64,000 bases of DNA from an uncultured Erysipelotrichaceae bacterium. GTDB lineage: Bacteria; Bacillota_I; Bacilli_A; RF39; UBA660. Every line of letters begins with the position of its first letter. The stretch's first letter is position 1. The notes under the pieces were generated by a model that had not been told where the DNA came from, ran no database searches, and saw only the letters and a program-made list of their open reading frames with translations. Below, in pieces: positions 1 to 9,425 of this stretch. A program made the position numbers and the translations under genes. The stretch covers positions 687 through 64,686 of the forward strand of contig CADBUX010000001.1 in NCBI GenBank assembly GCA_902797995.1, read 5' to 3'.

Positions 1-371
1 CATATTTGATAATTGCAAGTGGAGTCTTCTATTATTTTCCTAAAGATCAAATAATAGAGTTTTTAAGAAAAGTAAAATCATTGGGGAATGTAGAAATATT
101 ATTTGATACAGTATCCAAAAGTGGAATGAAAAGAACTAAAAAGTATATGAAACAATTAGGCAAAGAAGATGCAACAATGTATTTTTATGTAGATAAAGGA
201 AAAGAATTAATTAATGAAATCGGAAATAATTGCAAATTAATTGATGAACATGATTTTTATGATTTTATTGAAGATAAAAGCAAATTTAAATTTAAAACAA
301 AATTATATATGATTATTTCAGATAAACTTCATATGGTTAAAATGATTCAATTAAAATATAAGAAAGAGTAA
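1..371 (+). CDS. SAM-dependent methyltransferase-like protein, C-terminal fragment (5' end lies left of the window)
   Basis: Reading frame is open to the window edge. IIASGVFYYFPKDQIIEFLRKV resembles the post-motif II/III segment of class I methyltransferases. Stop at 369-371. Confidence 0.4.
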   Translation, partial: YLIIASGVFYYFPKDQIIEFLRKVKSLGNVEILFDTVSKSGMKRTKKYMKQLGKEDATMYFYVDKGKELINEIGNNCKLIDEHDFYDFIEDKSKFKFKTKLYMIISDKLHMVKMIQLKYKKE

Positions 372-408
372 ACTCTCTTTTGTGATAAAATAGTTATAGG
401 TGATTTGT

Positions 409-909
409 ATGGAATTAATAAAATTAAGAGATAAAGATATAAATGAATTTAAAAGGCTTATGCAAGAATCGTTTCAATATGGATATGAATTAATATATGG
501 TAGTGATAAAGAACAAGTATTACCAGATAAGGATATTGATGAAAACTTAAATAATCCAAATAGTCATGCTTTTGAAATGATAGATAATAATGAGATTGTT
601 GGTGGAGTTATTGTAACTATTAATGAAAATAATATTAACCATTTAGATTTCTTATTTGTTAAAGTAAGAGTTCAAAGTAAAGGTATTGGTCAAATGATTT
701 GGAAAGAAATAGAAAAATTATATCCAAATACTGAAGTATGGGAAACTTGTACTCCATATTTTGATAAAAGAAATATTCACTTTTATGTAAATAGATTAAA
801 ATTTCATATAGTTGAATATTTTAATGAAAAACATCCAGATACAAATAGACCACTATATTGTTATGAAGAAGATGATGGTATGTTTAGATTTGAAAAAGTA
901 ATGAAATAA
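409..909 (+). CDS. GNAT family N-acetyltransferase
   Basis: AGGTGA RBS at 398-403, then ATG 409. GNAT motif A-like VKVRVQSKGIGQMIWKEIEK. Confidence 0.6.
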   Translation: MELIKLRDKDINEFKRLMQESFQYGYELIYGSDKEQVLPDKDIDENLNNPNSHAFEMIDNNEIVGGVIVTINENNINHLDFLFVKVRVQSKGIGQMIWKEIEKLYPNTEVWETCTPYFDKRNIHFYVNRLKFHIVEYFNEKHPDTNRPLYCYEEDDGMFRFEKVMK

Positions 910-917
910 GGTATTTT

Positions 918-1571
918 ATGAATATTAAAGTAAATAATGTTAATTTATATTATGAAGTTCAAGGAAAAGGTAATCCAATTATCTTATTGCATGGTAATAG
1001 AGAAAATAATAAAATCTTTGATAAACTAGTGGATTGTTTAAAAAATAAATATACTTTATATTCTATAGATAGTAGATGCCATGGTAAAAGTGAAGATACT
1101 AAAATAATATCTTATGATTTGATGTGTGATGATATAATTTGTTTTATAAAAGAACTTAAAATTAAGAAACCAATATTATATGGATTTAGTGATGGAGGAA
1201 TAGTAGGTCTTCTTATTGCTATTAAAGAACCAAACTTATTAAAAAAATTAATTGTAAGTGGACCTAATTTATATCCTAAAGGATTTAAATTATCTATGTT
1301 ATTGTATTGTAGATATGGATATTTTAAAACTAAAAATAAATTGTTTAAACTAATGCTAGAAGAACCAAATATCAAAATAGAAGAATTACATAAAATTAAA
1401 ACACCTACAGTATTAATTGTAGGATCAAATGATATTGTTAAAGAAAAACATACAAAACTAATAGTCGATAATATAAATAATTGTAAATTTGAAAGAGTAA
1501 AAAAAGCAACACATAGTAGTTATGTAGTTTGCAATAAAAAATTATATGAAATATTGAAAAAATACTTATAG
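918..1571 (+). CDS. alpha/beta-fold hydrolase
   Basis: ILLHGN oxyanion motif, GFSDGG nucleophile elbow, C-terminal ATHSS histidine region. Confidence 0.65.
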   Translation: MNIKVNNVNLYYEVQGKGNPIILLHGNRENNKIFDKLVDCLKNKYTLYSIDSRCHGKSEDTKIISYDLMCDDIICFIKELKIKKPILYGFSDGGIVGLLIAIKEPNLLKKLIVSGPNLYPKGFKLSMLLYCRYGYFKTKNKLFKLMLEEPNIKIEELHKIKTPTVLIVGSNDIVKEKHTKLIVDNINNCKFERVKKATHSSYVVCNKKLYEILKKYL

Positions 1572-1573
1572 AA

Positions 1574-1603
1574 TTAATATTAACAAATATTAATATAGTA
1601 TTA
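1574..1603 (+). promoter_or_regulatory. Box1 TTAATATTAACAAA (1574-1587) plus Box2 TAATATAGTATTA (1591-1603) upstream of the response regulator gene
   Basis: Both boxes recur exactly, in the same order, upstream of the dltA-like gene (3904-3917 and 3949-3961). Box2 contains the -10-like hexamer TATAGT. Confidence 0.4.
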
Positions 1604-1649
1604 ATAATATATTAATGTTTTAGTGATTAACTTATAGTAGGTGATTTAG

Positions 1650-2345
1650 ATGAAAAAGATATTAATAGTAGAAGATGAACAAGATATTGCAGAATTATTA
1701 AGACTATACTTAGAAAGTGAAAAATATTCTATAATAATTGCTGATGATGGAATTGATGCTTTAAAAATTATAAATACAACTAGCATTGATATGGCAATAG
1801 TAGATATTATGATGCCACAGATGAATGGATATGAATTAATAAAAAAAATAAGAGAAGAAGATAATAATTTACCAATAATTATTACTTCTGCTAAAAATAT
1901 GGATAATGACAAAATAGTTGGTTTAAATTTAGGTGCTGATATTTATATAACAAAACCATTTAATCCTTTAGAAGTAGTCGCAAATGTAAAAGCTTTATTT
2001 AGAAGATGTTCAACAGGCGAAGAAAAAAAGAACAATATTAAATATGACAATTTGGAATTGAATATTGATGAATTTAATCTAAAAAAAGATAATGAATTAG
2101 TAAATTTAACCATAACAGAATTAAAAATTCTTATTAAATTAATGAAAAACCCAAATAGAATATATACAAAATCACAATTATATGAATGCATTAGTGGAGA
2201 AAACTATGAAAATGTTGATAACTCAATGATGGTGCATATTTCAAATATTCGCTCCAAAATAGAGGATAACCCATCAAAACCGAAATATATTAAAACAATT
2301 AAAGGATTAGGATATAAATTTGCTTATGAAAAAGAATCAGAATAG
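1650..2345 (+). CDS. OmpR-family two-component response regulator
   Basis: Receiver domain (ILIVEDE, VDIMMPQMNG phospho-Asp region) plus C-terminal winged helix (IKTIKGLGYKF). RBS AGGTGA. Confidence 0.9.
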   Translation: MKKILIVEDEQDIAELLRLYLESEKYSIIIADDGIDALKIINTTSIDMAIVDIMMPQMNGYELIKKIREEDNNLPIIITSAKNMDNDKIVGLNLGADIYITKPFNPLEVVANVKALFRRCSTGEEKKNNIKYDNLELNIDEFNLKKDNELVNLTITELKILIKLMKNPNRIYTKSQLYECISGENYENVDNSMMVHISNIRSKIEDNPSKPKYIKTIKGLGYKFAYEKESE

Positions 2346-3888
2346 TTTTATCAAAACTTGTGTATTTTATCTGAGTATATATTCAATCATATTATTTTTA
2401 ACATTTTTATTAATCAGTACTATAATTGAAAAAAGTACACAGAATATCTATTTTGATATTGAAAATATAAAAGAATATCAAAAATACTTAAAAAAAGATC
2501 AATATAACAAAATTCCAATACGTAAATTTTTAAGAAATGACATAGTGGTTTTTAATGAAGAGAACAAAGTTATATATGAAACACATAATTATGAAAAATT
2601 ATATTTAAAACCAAAAGAATTTGATTTTATAGATGATACGTCATCAGATGCATATTTTATGGTACAAAAAGTTGATGATAACAATGAAGAAAAGTATATT
2701 ATAAGTAAAAATTATTATAATAATTATAATAACATAAGAGAAGAAGAAAAAGTTGAATATGCAATTATTGATCACAATTATAATATTATAGAAGGTAATC
2801 TATTTAATGATAAAAAGAAATTATCTAAGGAAGAATTTAAATTATTAAGATATGGTGGAAAAGGAAAAAAGTTTATTTCAAAATATGTATTTTATAACAA
2901 AGATAATTTAAAAAGAACGATCATTTTTTATCAAAAGAATTTGTCAACAAAATCATATATAAAAATTACCAATAGAATTAAAATAAAATGGCTTATTGTT
3001 ATACCTATTGTATTATTAGAAACTATTATAATAATACTTATATTTTATCGAAAAATTAGAAAATCAATAAAGTATACTAATAGAAAAATACTTAACCCAG
3101 AAATTGAAGACGACTATAATATACCAATCGAGTTTAATGAGTTATATATAAAAACTAGTAATTTAATAAATGATTTAAATTTAGAAAAAAAGAAAAGGGA
3201 AGAAGAAGAAAAAATAAGGAAAAATATTATCACTAGTTTAAGTCATGATATTAAAACTCCGTTAACAGTTATCCAAGGTTATACTAAAGCTTTTGAAGAT
3301 AAAATGGTTCCAAAAGAAAAAGAAGAACAATATTTGAAAGCTATTTATGAGAAATCTATATTGGCAACAGAAATCGTTAATTCACTATTTCAATATACTA
3401 AAATGGAACATGCTGAATTTAAACCTAAATATGAGCATGCTGATTTTACAGAGTTTTGTAGAGAGTATTTAGCAATAAAATATTCAGAAATAGAACTACT
3501 AAATTATAAAATTGAATACAAATTAGATGAAAGAAAAAATATTTTTAATTTTGATAAAATGTTAGTAACAAGATTATTTGATAATATAATTAGTAATAGT
3601 ATAAAATACAATAAAAAAGGAATAAAGATTTATTTTAATTATAAATTTACAAAAGATAATATTATTATTGATATTGCAGATAATGGTATAGGAATAAAAA
3701 TGGATAATCCAAACAAACTATTTGAACCATTTATAGTTGGAAATGAGTCTAGAACAAAAGGACTTGGAACAGGATTAGGACTATATATAGCAAAGCAAAT
3801 AGTTGACTTACATAATGGTGAAATATTAATAATAGATAAACCTAAAAGTCCTTATAAATTTCATATTAAAATAATATTCAAAAGGTAG
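2326..3888 (+). CDS. sensor histidine kinase with two TM segments flanking a ~190-aa extracytoplasmic region
   Basis: H-box SHDIKTPLTVIQGY, G1 DNGIGI, G2 GTGLGLYIAKQIV. Overlaps the end of the regulator gene. Confidence 0.85.
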   Translation: MKKNQNSFIKTCVFYLSIYSIILFLTFLLISTIIEKSTQNIYFDIENIKEYQKYLKKDQYNKIPIRKFLRNDIVVFNEENKVIYETHNYEKLYLKPKEFDFIDDTSSDAYFMVQKVDDNNEEKYIISKNYYNNYNNIREEEKVEYAIIDHNYNIIEGNLFNDKKKLSKEEFKLLRYGGKGKKFISKYVFYNKDNLKRTIIFYQKNLSTKSYIKITNRIKIKWLIVIPIVLLETIIIILIFYRKIRKSIKYTNRKILNPEIEDDYNIPIEFNELYIKTSNLINDLNLEKKKREEEEKIRKNIITSLSHDIKTPLTVIQGYTKAFEDKMVPKEKEEQYLKAIYEKSILATEIVNSLFQYTKMEHAEFKPKYEHADFTEFCREYLAIKYSEIELLNYKIEYKLDERKNIFNFDKMLVTRLFDNIISNSIKYNKKGIKIYFNYKFTKDNIIIDIADNGIGIKMDNPNKLFEPFIVGNESRTKGLGTGLGLYIAKQIVDLHNGEILIIDKPKSPYKFHIKIIFKR

Positions 3889-3905
3889 AAATATTTCTAC
3901 CTTTT
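3883..3905 (+). terminator. intrinsic terminator after the histidine kinase
   Basis: AGGTAGAA-ATAT-TTCTACCT stem-loop followed by a T run. It overlaps the TAG stop. Confidence 0.7.
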
Positions 3906-3961
3906 AATATTAACAAAAATTAAGGTTAGATTTAGATTATTTTAAAACTAATATAGTATTA
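3904..3961 (+). promoter_or_regulatory. second copy of Box1 (3904-3917) and Box2 (3949-3961) upstream of the dlt-like operon
   Basis: Exact 14-nt and 13-nt matches to 1574-1587 and 1591-1603. Confidence 0.4.
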
Positions 3962-3977
3962 TTAAAATGGTGATTTT

Positions 3978-5498
3978 ATGTTAAATGTTATAGACTATTT
4001 TGAAAAAACATGCGAAAAATATAAAACAAAAACAGCTATTATATGTGAAAAAGAAAAAAACACATATGAAGAGCTACTAATCAAATCAAAAACTATAGGA
4101 TCATGTCTAAAAAAAGACGTGACTATAACTAAACCTGTTATGGTTTTTATGGACAAAGGAATAGATACAATCGCATCATTTCTAGGAATCTTGTATGCTG
4201 GAGGATGTTATAGTTTAATTAATCCAGAGTTTTCAAAAGAAAGAATATTACAAATAAAGAAAGCATTAAATACTAATGTTGTTCTTACAAATAGTGAATT
4301 TTATGAACTGGCATGTAGTATTTTTAAAAAATGTACTATCATTGATGTTCAAAAAATAAATACAAGTATAGATGAAGATTTTATAAACAGTATCAAAGAA
4401 AGAAAAATTGATTTAGATCCAGTTTATATAAATTTTACATCTGGTTCTACAGGAGTGCCCAAAGGAGTTGTAGTATCAAATAGATCAATAGTTGATTTTA
4501 TAAATGAATTCACAAATTTATTTAATATTACAGATAAAGATATAATAGCAAATCAAGCTCCTTTCGATTTTGATGTATCAGTAAAAGATATATATTCATC
4601 ATTTTTCAAAGGAGCAACGTTACTGATAATACCGAGAAAATACTTTTCTGCTCCTTCTAACCTAATAGATTATATAATAGATAATAATGCTACAACTCTC
4701 ATTTGGGCAGTATCTGCATTATGTTTAATTACAACATTCCATGGATTAGATTATAAAGTACCAACTAAGGTAAATAAAGTAATATTTAGTGGAGAAGTTA
4801 TGCCTCTAAAACATTTAAAAATATGGATGGAAAAGCTAACTAATGCAACATTTATTAATGTCTATGGTCCAACAGAAATAACTTGTAATTGTACATATCA
4901 TATAATTGATAGAAAAAGAGATTATCAAGATGCAATTCCTATTGGAATACCATTTAGAAATGAAAGAGTATTTTTATTAGATGATAATAATAAAATTGTT
5001 TTAGAAGAAAACGTTCAGGGAGAAATATGTGTAAGTGGTACATGTTTAGCTCTAGGTTATTATAATAATAAAACTCAATCCAACCAACATTTTACTAAGA
5101 ATCCATTAAATGATAAATATTTTGAGAGAATATATAGAACAGGTGATTATGGAAAATATAATAGTGATAATGAATTATTATTCTGTGGAAGAAAAGATTT
5201 TCAAATAAAATATATGGGTCACAGAATAGAATTAGAAGAAATTGATAAAAAAATACAAGAGCAAGAAGAAATAGTAAGAAGTTGTACTTTGTTTGATCAA
5301 GAAAAAGAAAGGCTTTATACATTCTATATTGGAAATATAGATGGAAAAGAACTAAAGATAAAAATATCAAATAGATTACCGGTATATATGATTCCTAGCA
5401 AAATAATTCAAATAAAAGAATTTCCATTAACTAAAAATGGGAAAATAGATAGAAAAGAATTATTAAATAAGCTTAAAGGTGATAAAAATGGATTATAA
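3978..5498 (+). CDS. DltA-type carrier-protein ligase (ANL adenylating enzyme), substrate unknown
   Basis: 506 aa. Core motifs NFTSGSTGVPKGV, FDFDVS, YRTGDYG, LTKNGKIDRKEL. Size and context match DltA. Confidence 0.8.
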   Translation: MLNVIDYFEKTCEKYKTKTAIICEKEKNTYEELLIKSKTIGSCLKKDVTITKPVMVFMDKGIDTIASFLGILYAGGCYSLINPEFSKERILQIKKALNTNVVLTNSEFYELACSIFKKCTIIDVQKINTSIDEDFINSIKERKIDLDPVYINFTSGSTGVPKGVVVSNRSIVDFINEFTNLFNITDKDIIANQAPFDFDVSVKDIYSSFFKGATLLIIPRKYFSAPSNLIDYIIDNNATTLIWAVSALCLITTFHGLDYKVPTKVNKVIFSGEVMPLKHLKIWMEKLTNATFINVYGPTEITCNCTYHIIDRKRDYQDAIPIGIPFRNERVFLLDDNNKIVLEENVQGEICVSGTCLALGYYNNKTQSNQHFTKNPLNDKYFERIYRTGDYGKYNSDNELLFCGRKDFQIKYMGHRIELEEIDKKIQEQEEIVRSCTLFDQEKERLYTFYIGNIDGKELKIKISNRLPVYMIPSKIIQIKEFPLTKNGKIDRKELLNKLKGDKNGL

Positions 5499-6645
5499 AA
5501 AGTTAATAGGAAAATATAAAACACCTATGTTTTTATATGATTCTAATGTATTATGCAAAAGAATAAATTATATAAAAAGTAAACTAAATAAAGATTATAA
5601 AATTATATATGCCATAAAAGCTAATACATTTATCTTGAAAGAATTAGATGATTTAGTTGATGGATATGAGATTTGTTCATATGGTGAATATGAAATATGT
5701 AAACATCTAAGTCTTAATAATGAAAAATTTGTTATTTCAGGTGTTAACAAGGAAGAATACTATATAGAAGAAATGCTTAATGATAATGTTACTAAATATA
5801 CAATCGAATCATTAAATCACTATTTGTTATTTGAAAAATTAACAAAAAAACTTCATAAAAAAATAAAAATATTGATTAGATTAACAAGTGGTAATCAATT
5901 CGGAGTATCAAAAGAAGATTTTATAAAGGTTATAGAATTAAATAAAGATAATGAACTAATAAAAATAGTAGGAATTGAATACTTTACTGGAACACAAAAA
6001 TCATCAATAAAGAAGATAAATCATGAAATAGATTATATAGTTGATTTTATAAATGAAATTGAAAATAATTATAATCTTAAGATTGAAGAAGTTGAGTATG
6101 GAACCGGTTCACCAGTTTTCTATTTCCAAGAAGAATTTGATGAAAACAATTACTTTGATGAACTAAATAAGGCATTATCAAAAATAAAAGGAAAGAAGAT
6201 TTCCTTGGAGATGGGAAGAACAATTGCTTCATCATGTGGTCAATATATTACAAGTATAGCAGATATAAAAAGTAATAAAGTAGGTAATACTATCATATTA
6301 GATGGTGGAATAAATCACTTAGTTTATTATGGACAAACAATGGCCATGAGAATTCCAGAATTTGAAATATTTCCTACTAGAGAAGATGAAAAAAAGCCCT
6401 ATAATTTATATGGTTCATTGTGTACAATAAATGATATAATTTTAAAAAAAATTGAATTGAATAGTCCCCAAATAGGTGATTATATAGTATTTAAAAATAC
6501 AGGGGCATATTCTATTACGGAAGGAATAGCTTTATTTTTAAGTAGAGAACTTCCTTGCGTAGTTATATATGATAAAAATGGCAAAGATATTCTTGTAAGA
6601 GAACATCTTAGGACAAGCCTAATTAATTGTCCAAATATAAAATAA
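5488..6645 (+). CDS. fold-type III PLP-dependent decarboxylase (Orn/DAP/Arg decarboxylase family)
   Basis: TPMFLYD...YAIKAN PLP-lysine motif, LEMGR, LDGGINH, YGSLCTIND, NTGAYS. ATG 5488 follows AAGGTGA and overlaps the ligase stop by 11 nt. Confidence 0.75.
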   Translation: MDYKKLIGKYKTPMFLYDSNVLCKRINYIKSKLNKDYKIIYAIKANTFILKELDDLVDGYEICSYGEYEICKHLSLNNEKFVISGVNKEEYYIEEMLNDNVTKYTIESLNHYLLFEKLTKKLHKKIKILIRLTSGNQFGVSKEDFIKVIELNKDNELIKIVGIEYFTGTQKSSIKKINHEIDYIVDFINEIENNYNLKIEEVEYGTGSPVFYFQEEFDENNYFDELNKALSKIKGKKISLEMGRTIASSCGQYITSIADIKSNKVGNTIILDGGINHLVYYGQTMAMRIPEFEIFPTREDEKKPYNLYGSLCTINDIILKKIELNSPQIGDYIVFKNTGAYSITEGIALFLSRELPCVVIYDKNGKDILVREHLRTSLINCPNIK

Positions 6646-6657
6646 AGGAGTAATAAA

Positions 6658-6885
6658 ATGAATAAAATAATTGAAATATTAGAAGAATTAAAACCAGGGG
6701 TTGATTATAAAAATACAGAGAATTTAATAGATGGAAGATATTTAGATTCACTTACTATATTATCTTTAGTATCAGAATTAGAAGAAGAATTTGATATTGA
6801 AATTCCAACAGTTGAAATAATACCAGATAATTTTAATTCGGTAGAAAAAATAAATAGTTTAATAGAAAAACTTAAAGAAGATTAA
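6658..6885 (+). CDS. DltC-like acyl/aminoacyl carrier protein
   Basis: 75 aa. Phosphopantetheine attachment site GRYLDSLTILSLVSELEEEF. Confidence 0.8.
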   Translation: MNKIIEILEELKPGVDYKNTENLIDGRYLDSLTILSLVSELEEEFDIEIPTVEIIPDNFNSVEKINSLIEKLKED

Positions 6886-6887
6886 TT

Positions 6888-8468
6888 ATGTTGATATTTT
6901 TTACTAAATTTTATAATTTTTTCTTTTTAATAATAACATTTTTCTATAATTTATTTCCAAAGAAAGCTAGACCAATATTGTTATTATTAGTTAGTTTAGT
7001 CTTTTTCTATTTAATGAGTTCTAAACTAATAATATGTCTCTTTTCAACAATAACGTCTATATATTTATCAACCATACTTATGGGTAAATTGGATGAAAAG
7101 AAAAATGAATTGCTAGATGGAAAATCATCAGAAGAAAAAAAACAAATAAAAAAAATATATAATAGAAAAAAGAAAATAGTTTTAATCGCATGTATTCTAT
7201 TAAATTTCTCATTTTTATTTCTTTTTAAGTATTTGAAGTTTTTTACTATTAATTCAAATCACTTATTAAATTTATTAAACATAAATTATCAATTTAGTGT
7301 ATTAAAAATAATAGCTCCAATAGGTATTTCTTTTTATACATTACAAGCTTTATCATACCTATTTGATGTATATTATGGAAAAATAAGCGCAGATAAAAAT
7401 TATTTAAGAGTAGCCTTATTCATTTCATTCTTTCCTCAAATTGTTGAGGGACCTATGGCAAGATATTCTGATACAGCAGAGGATCTATATAAAGGGAATG
7501 ACATAACGTATGCTAATTTTACATCAGGAATGCAAAGAATATTATGGGGTTTATTTAAGAAAATGATAATTGCAGATAGATTAAATATCTTAGTAAAAAT
7601 GGTATTTAGTGGATATGCAGTCTATAGTGGTCCAATTTGTTTTATAGGAGCGTTAGGTTATACCATAATGTTATATATGAATTTTTCTAGTACTATGGAT
7701 ATCGTAATAGGAATAGGAGAAATATTGGGCGTAAAAATCCCAGAAAACTTTAGACAGCCATTCTTTTCTAAAAGTATATCAGAATTTTGGACAAGATGGC
7801 ATATTAGCTTAGGTTTATGGTTTAGAGATTATATTTATTATCCTATTTCTTTATCTAAGACAATGAAAAAATTAACCATAAATTCTAGAAAAATAGTTGG
7901 TAATTATTTTGGACCATTAATAAGTGGAACAATTGCTTTATTCGCTGTATGGTCTTTAAATGGATTATGGCATGGTGCAGGATGGACATTTATTATGTTT
8001 GGAATGTATCATTTTGTAATGATTTTTACAGGAAATCTATTTGAACCATTGATTCGAAAAACATTCGTAAAATTTAATTTAGATAGAGAAAATATATATT
8101 ATAGAATTTTTAGATCTATCAAAACATCTTTTTTAGTTATTATAGGAGAATTAATATTTAGAGCACCATCAGTAAAAGTTGCTTTAGTAATGTTAAAGAA
8201 AGTATTCACTGATTTTAATATAAAAATATCAGAAATGTCATCTTTAGGATTAGATATTTTAGATTATATAATATTATTTGTCGCATTAGTATTAGTACTA
8301 ATTGTAGGTATATTAAGAGAAAAAAATATTAGTATTAGACAAGAAATAGGAAAAATGAATATTATTGTCAGATGGGCTATATTCTACATAATGATTTTTG
8401 TAATACTAATATTTGGAGCATATGGAATAGGTTATCAACCAGTAGGTCCAATGTATGCAGATTTTTAA
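6888..8468 (+). CDS. MBOAT family membrane O-acyltransferase (DltB/AlgI type)
   Basis: Polytopic membrane protein. FYTLQALSYLFDVYYG and the conserved His block EFWTRWHISLGLWFRDYIYYP. Confidence 0.85.
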   Translation: MLIFFTKFYNFFFLIITFFYNLFPKKARPILLLLVSLVFFYLMSSKLIICLFSTITSIYLSTILMGKLDEKKNELLDGKSSEEKKQIKKIYNRKKKIVLIACILLNFSFLFLFKYLKFFTINSNHLLNLLNINYQFSVLKIIAPIGISFYTLQALSYLFDVYYGKISADKNYLRVALFISFFPQIVEGPMARYSDTAEDLYKGNDITYANFTSGMQRILWGLFKKMIIADRLNILVKMVFSGYAVYSGPICFIGALGYTIMLYMNFSSTMDIVIGIGEILGVKIPENFRQPFFSKSISEFWTRWHISLGLWFRDYIYYPISLSKTMKKLTINSRKIVGNYFGPLISGTIALFAVWSLNGLWHGAGWTFIMFGMYHFVMIFTGNLFEPLIRKTFVKFNLDRENIYYRIFRSIKTSFLVIIGELIFRAPSVKVALVMLKKVFTDFNIKISEMSSLGLDILDYIILFVALVLVLIVGILREKNISIRQEIGKMNIIVRWAIFYIMIFVILIFGAYGIGYQPVGPMYADF

Positions 8469-8480
8469 GGAGATTAAAAT

Positions 8481-9425
8481 ATGAAAAATACAATTAAAAT
8501 AATAATGTTCATAACTATTGCTGCAATTATTTATATGAGTCTTTCATATTTATTTATACCAAAATTAAATATAAAAAAATATGGAATGTACAATACCTCT
8601 ATGTATGAATTATTAGCAGAAAAACAAAATACTATAGACACAATTGTACTAGGCGATAGTTTGGTTTATTCAGCTATTTCTCCAATGGAAATATACTCTA
8701 AACATGGATATACAGTTTTTGATTGTGCTGAACCGGCTCAAATAATGTCAGATGCATATGAGTATTACAAGATAGCAATAGATTCTCAAAATCCAAAAAT
8801 TGTAATAATTGAACCAAATATGTTTTTTAGAGATCCAAAAGAAAAGCCATGGTTTAATAAAACACTTAAAATATTAAAGAATGTTTTTCCGTTAGTTAAA
8901 TATCATAATAATTGGAAAAATCTATTCTTCGGAAAGAATTGGGGTCATATAAATAAAGGATATATTAAAATTCTACATACAAAAAGTGGATTTGAATATG
9001 ATTATATGGCTGAAGAATTAAATGATAATCCATATGTTAAAGGAAAATATAAAGCTATAATACCATCTAAAAATAATATATATATCAAAAAAATAATAGA
9101 AGATTGCAAAAAAAGAAATATTAAAGTTCTATTATTAGGAGTTCCAAGTCAAAGATGTTGGAATTATGAAAAACATAAAGTAATTATGAAATTATCAAAA
9201 CAATATGGAGTAGAATACATAAATCTAAATCTAGATGATAGAATTGATATAGATTGGAAAAAAGAAACAAAAGATCGTGGAAATCATCTAAATTATTTAG
9301 GTGCAAAAAAAGTTTCTGAATTTCTCGGAAACTACTTGAATAGTACTAATATAGTTGAAAGTCATAAACATAAAAAAGGTTATGAAGGATGGGATCAAGT
9401 CCTTAAAACATATATGAAAAGTTAA
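8481..9425 (+). CDS. membrane-anchored SGNH/GDSL-type protein in the DltD position
   Basis: N-terminal TM anchor. Block I TIVLGDSLVYS. C-terminal DRGNHLN could be the Asp/His block. Confidence 0.5.
   Translation: MKNTIKIIMFITIAAIIYMSLSYLFIPKLNIKKYGMYNTSMYELLAEKQNTIDTIVLGDSLVYSAISPMEIYSKHGYTVFDCAEPAQIMSDAYEYYKIAIDSQNPKIVIIEPNMFFRDPKEKPWFNKTLKILKNVFPLVKYHNNWKNLFFGKNWGHINKGYIKILHTKSGFEYDYMAEELNDNPYVKGKYKAIIPSKNNIYIKKIIEDCKKRNIKVLLLGVPSQRCWNYEKHKVIMKLSKQYGVEYINLNLDDRIDIDWKKETKDRGNHLNYLGAKKVSEFLGNYLNSTNIVESHKHKKGYEGWDQVLKTYMKS

Noticed and set aside
1112-1375. Antisense or alternative-frame ORFs in the track. Examples: 1112-1375(-), 1646-1912(-), 1943-2191(-), 5095-5370(-), 17018-17242(-), 19609-19842(-), 20462-20644(-), 29549-29851(-), 29851-30108(-), 30931-31422(-), 34218-34424(-), 36637-36897(-), 36773-37159(+), 37000-37254(-), 37484-37684(+), 37674-37967(-).
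   Set aside because: Each lies wholly or largely inside a strongly supported gene on the other strand or frame. They have low-complexity, Ile/Phe/Ser/Leu-rich translations typical of AT-rich shadow frames, and lack an RBS.
5488-6645. The fold-type III PLP enzyme in the dlt-like operon might be an alanine racemase supplying D-Ala.
   Set aside because: The PLP-lysine context is YAIKAN, with EMGR, CTIND and GAY blocks. These are the Orn/DAP/Arg decarboxylase signatures, not the racemase KANAYGHG pattern.
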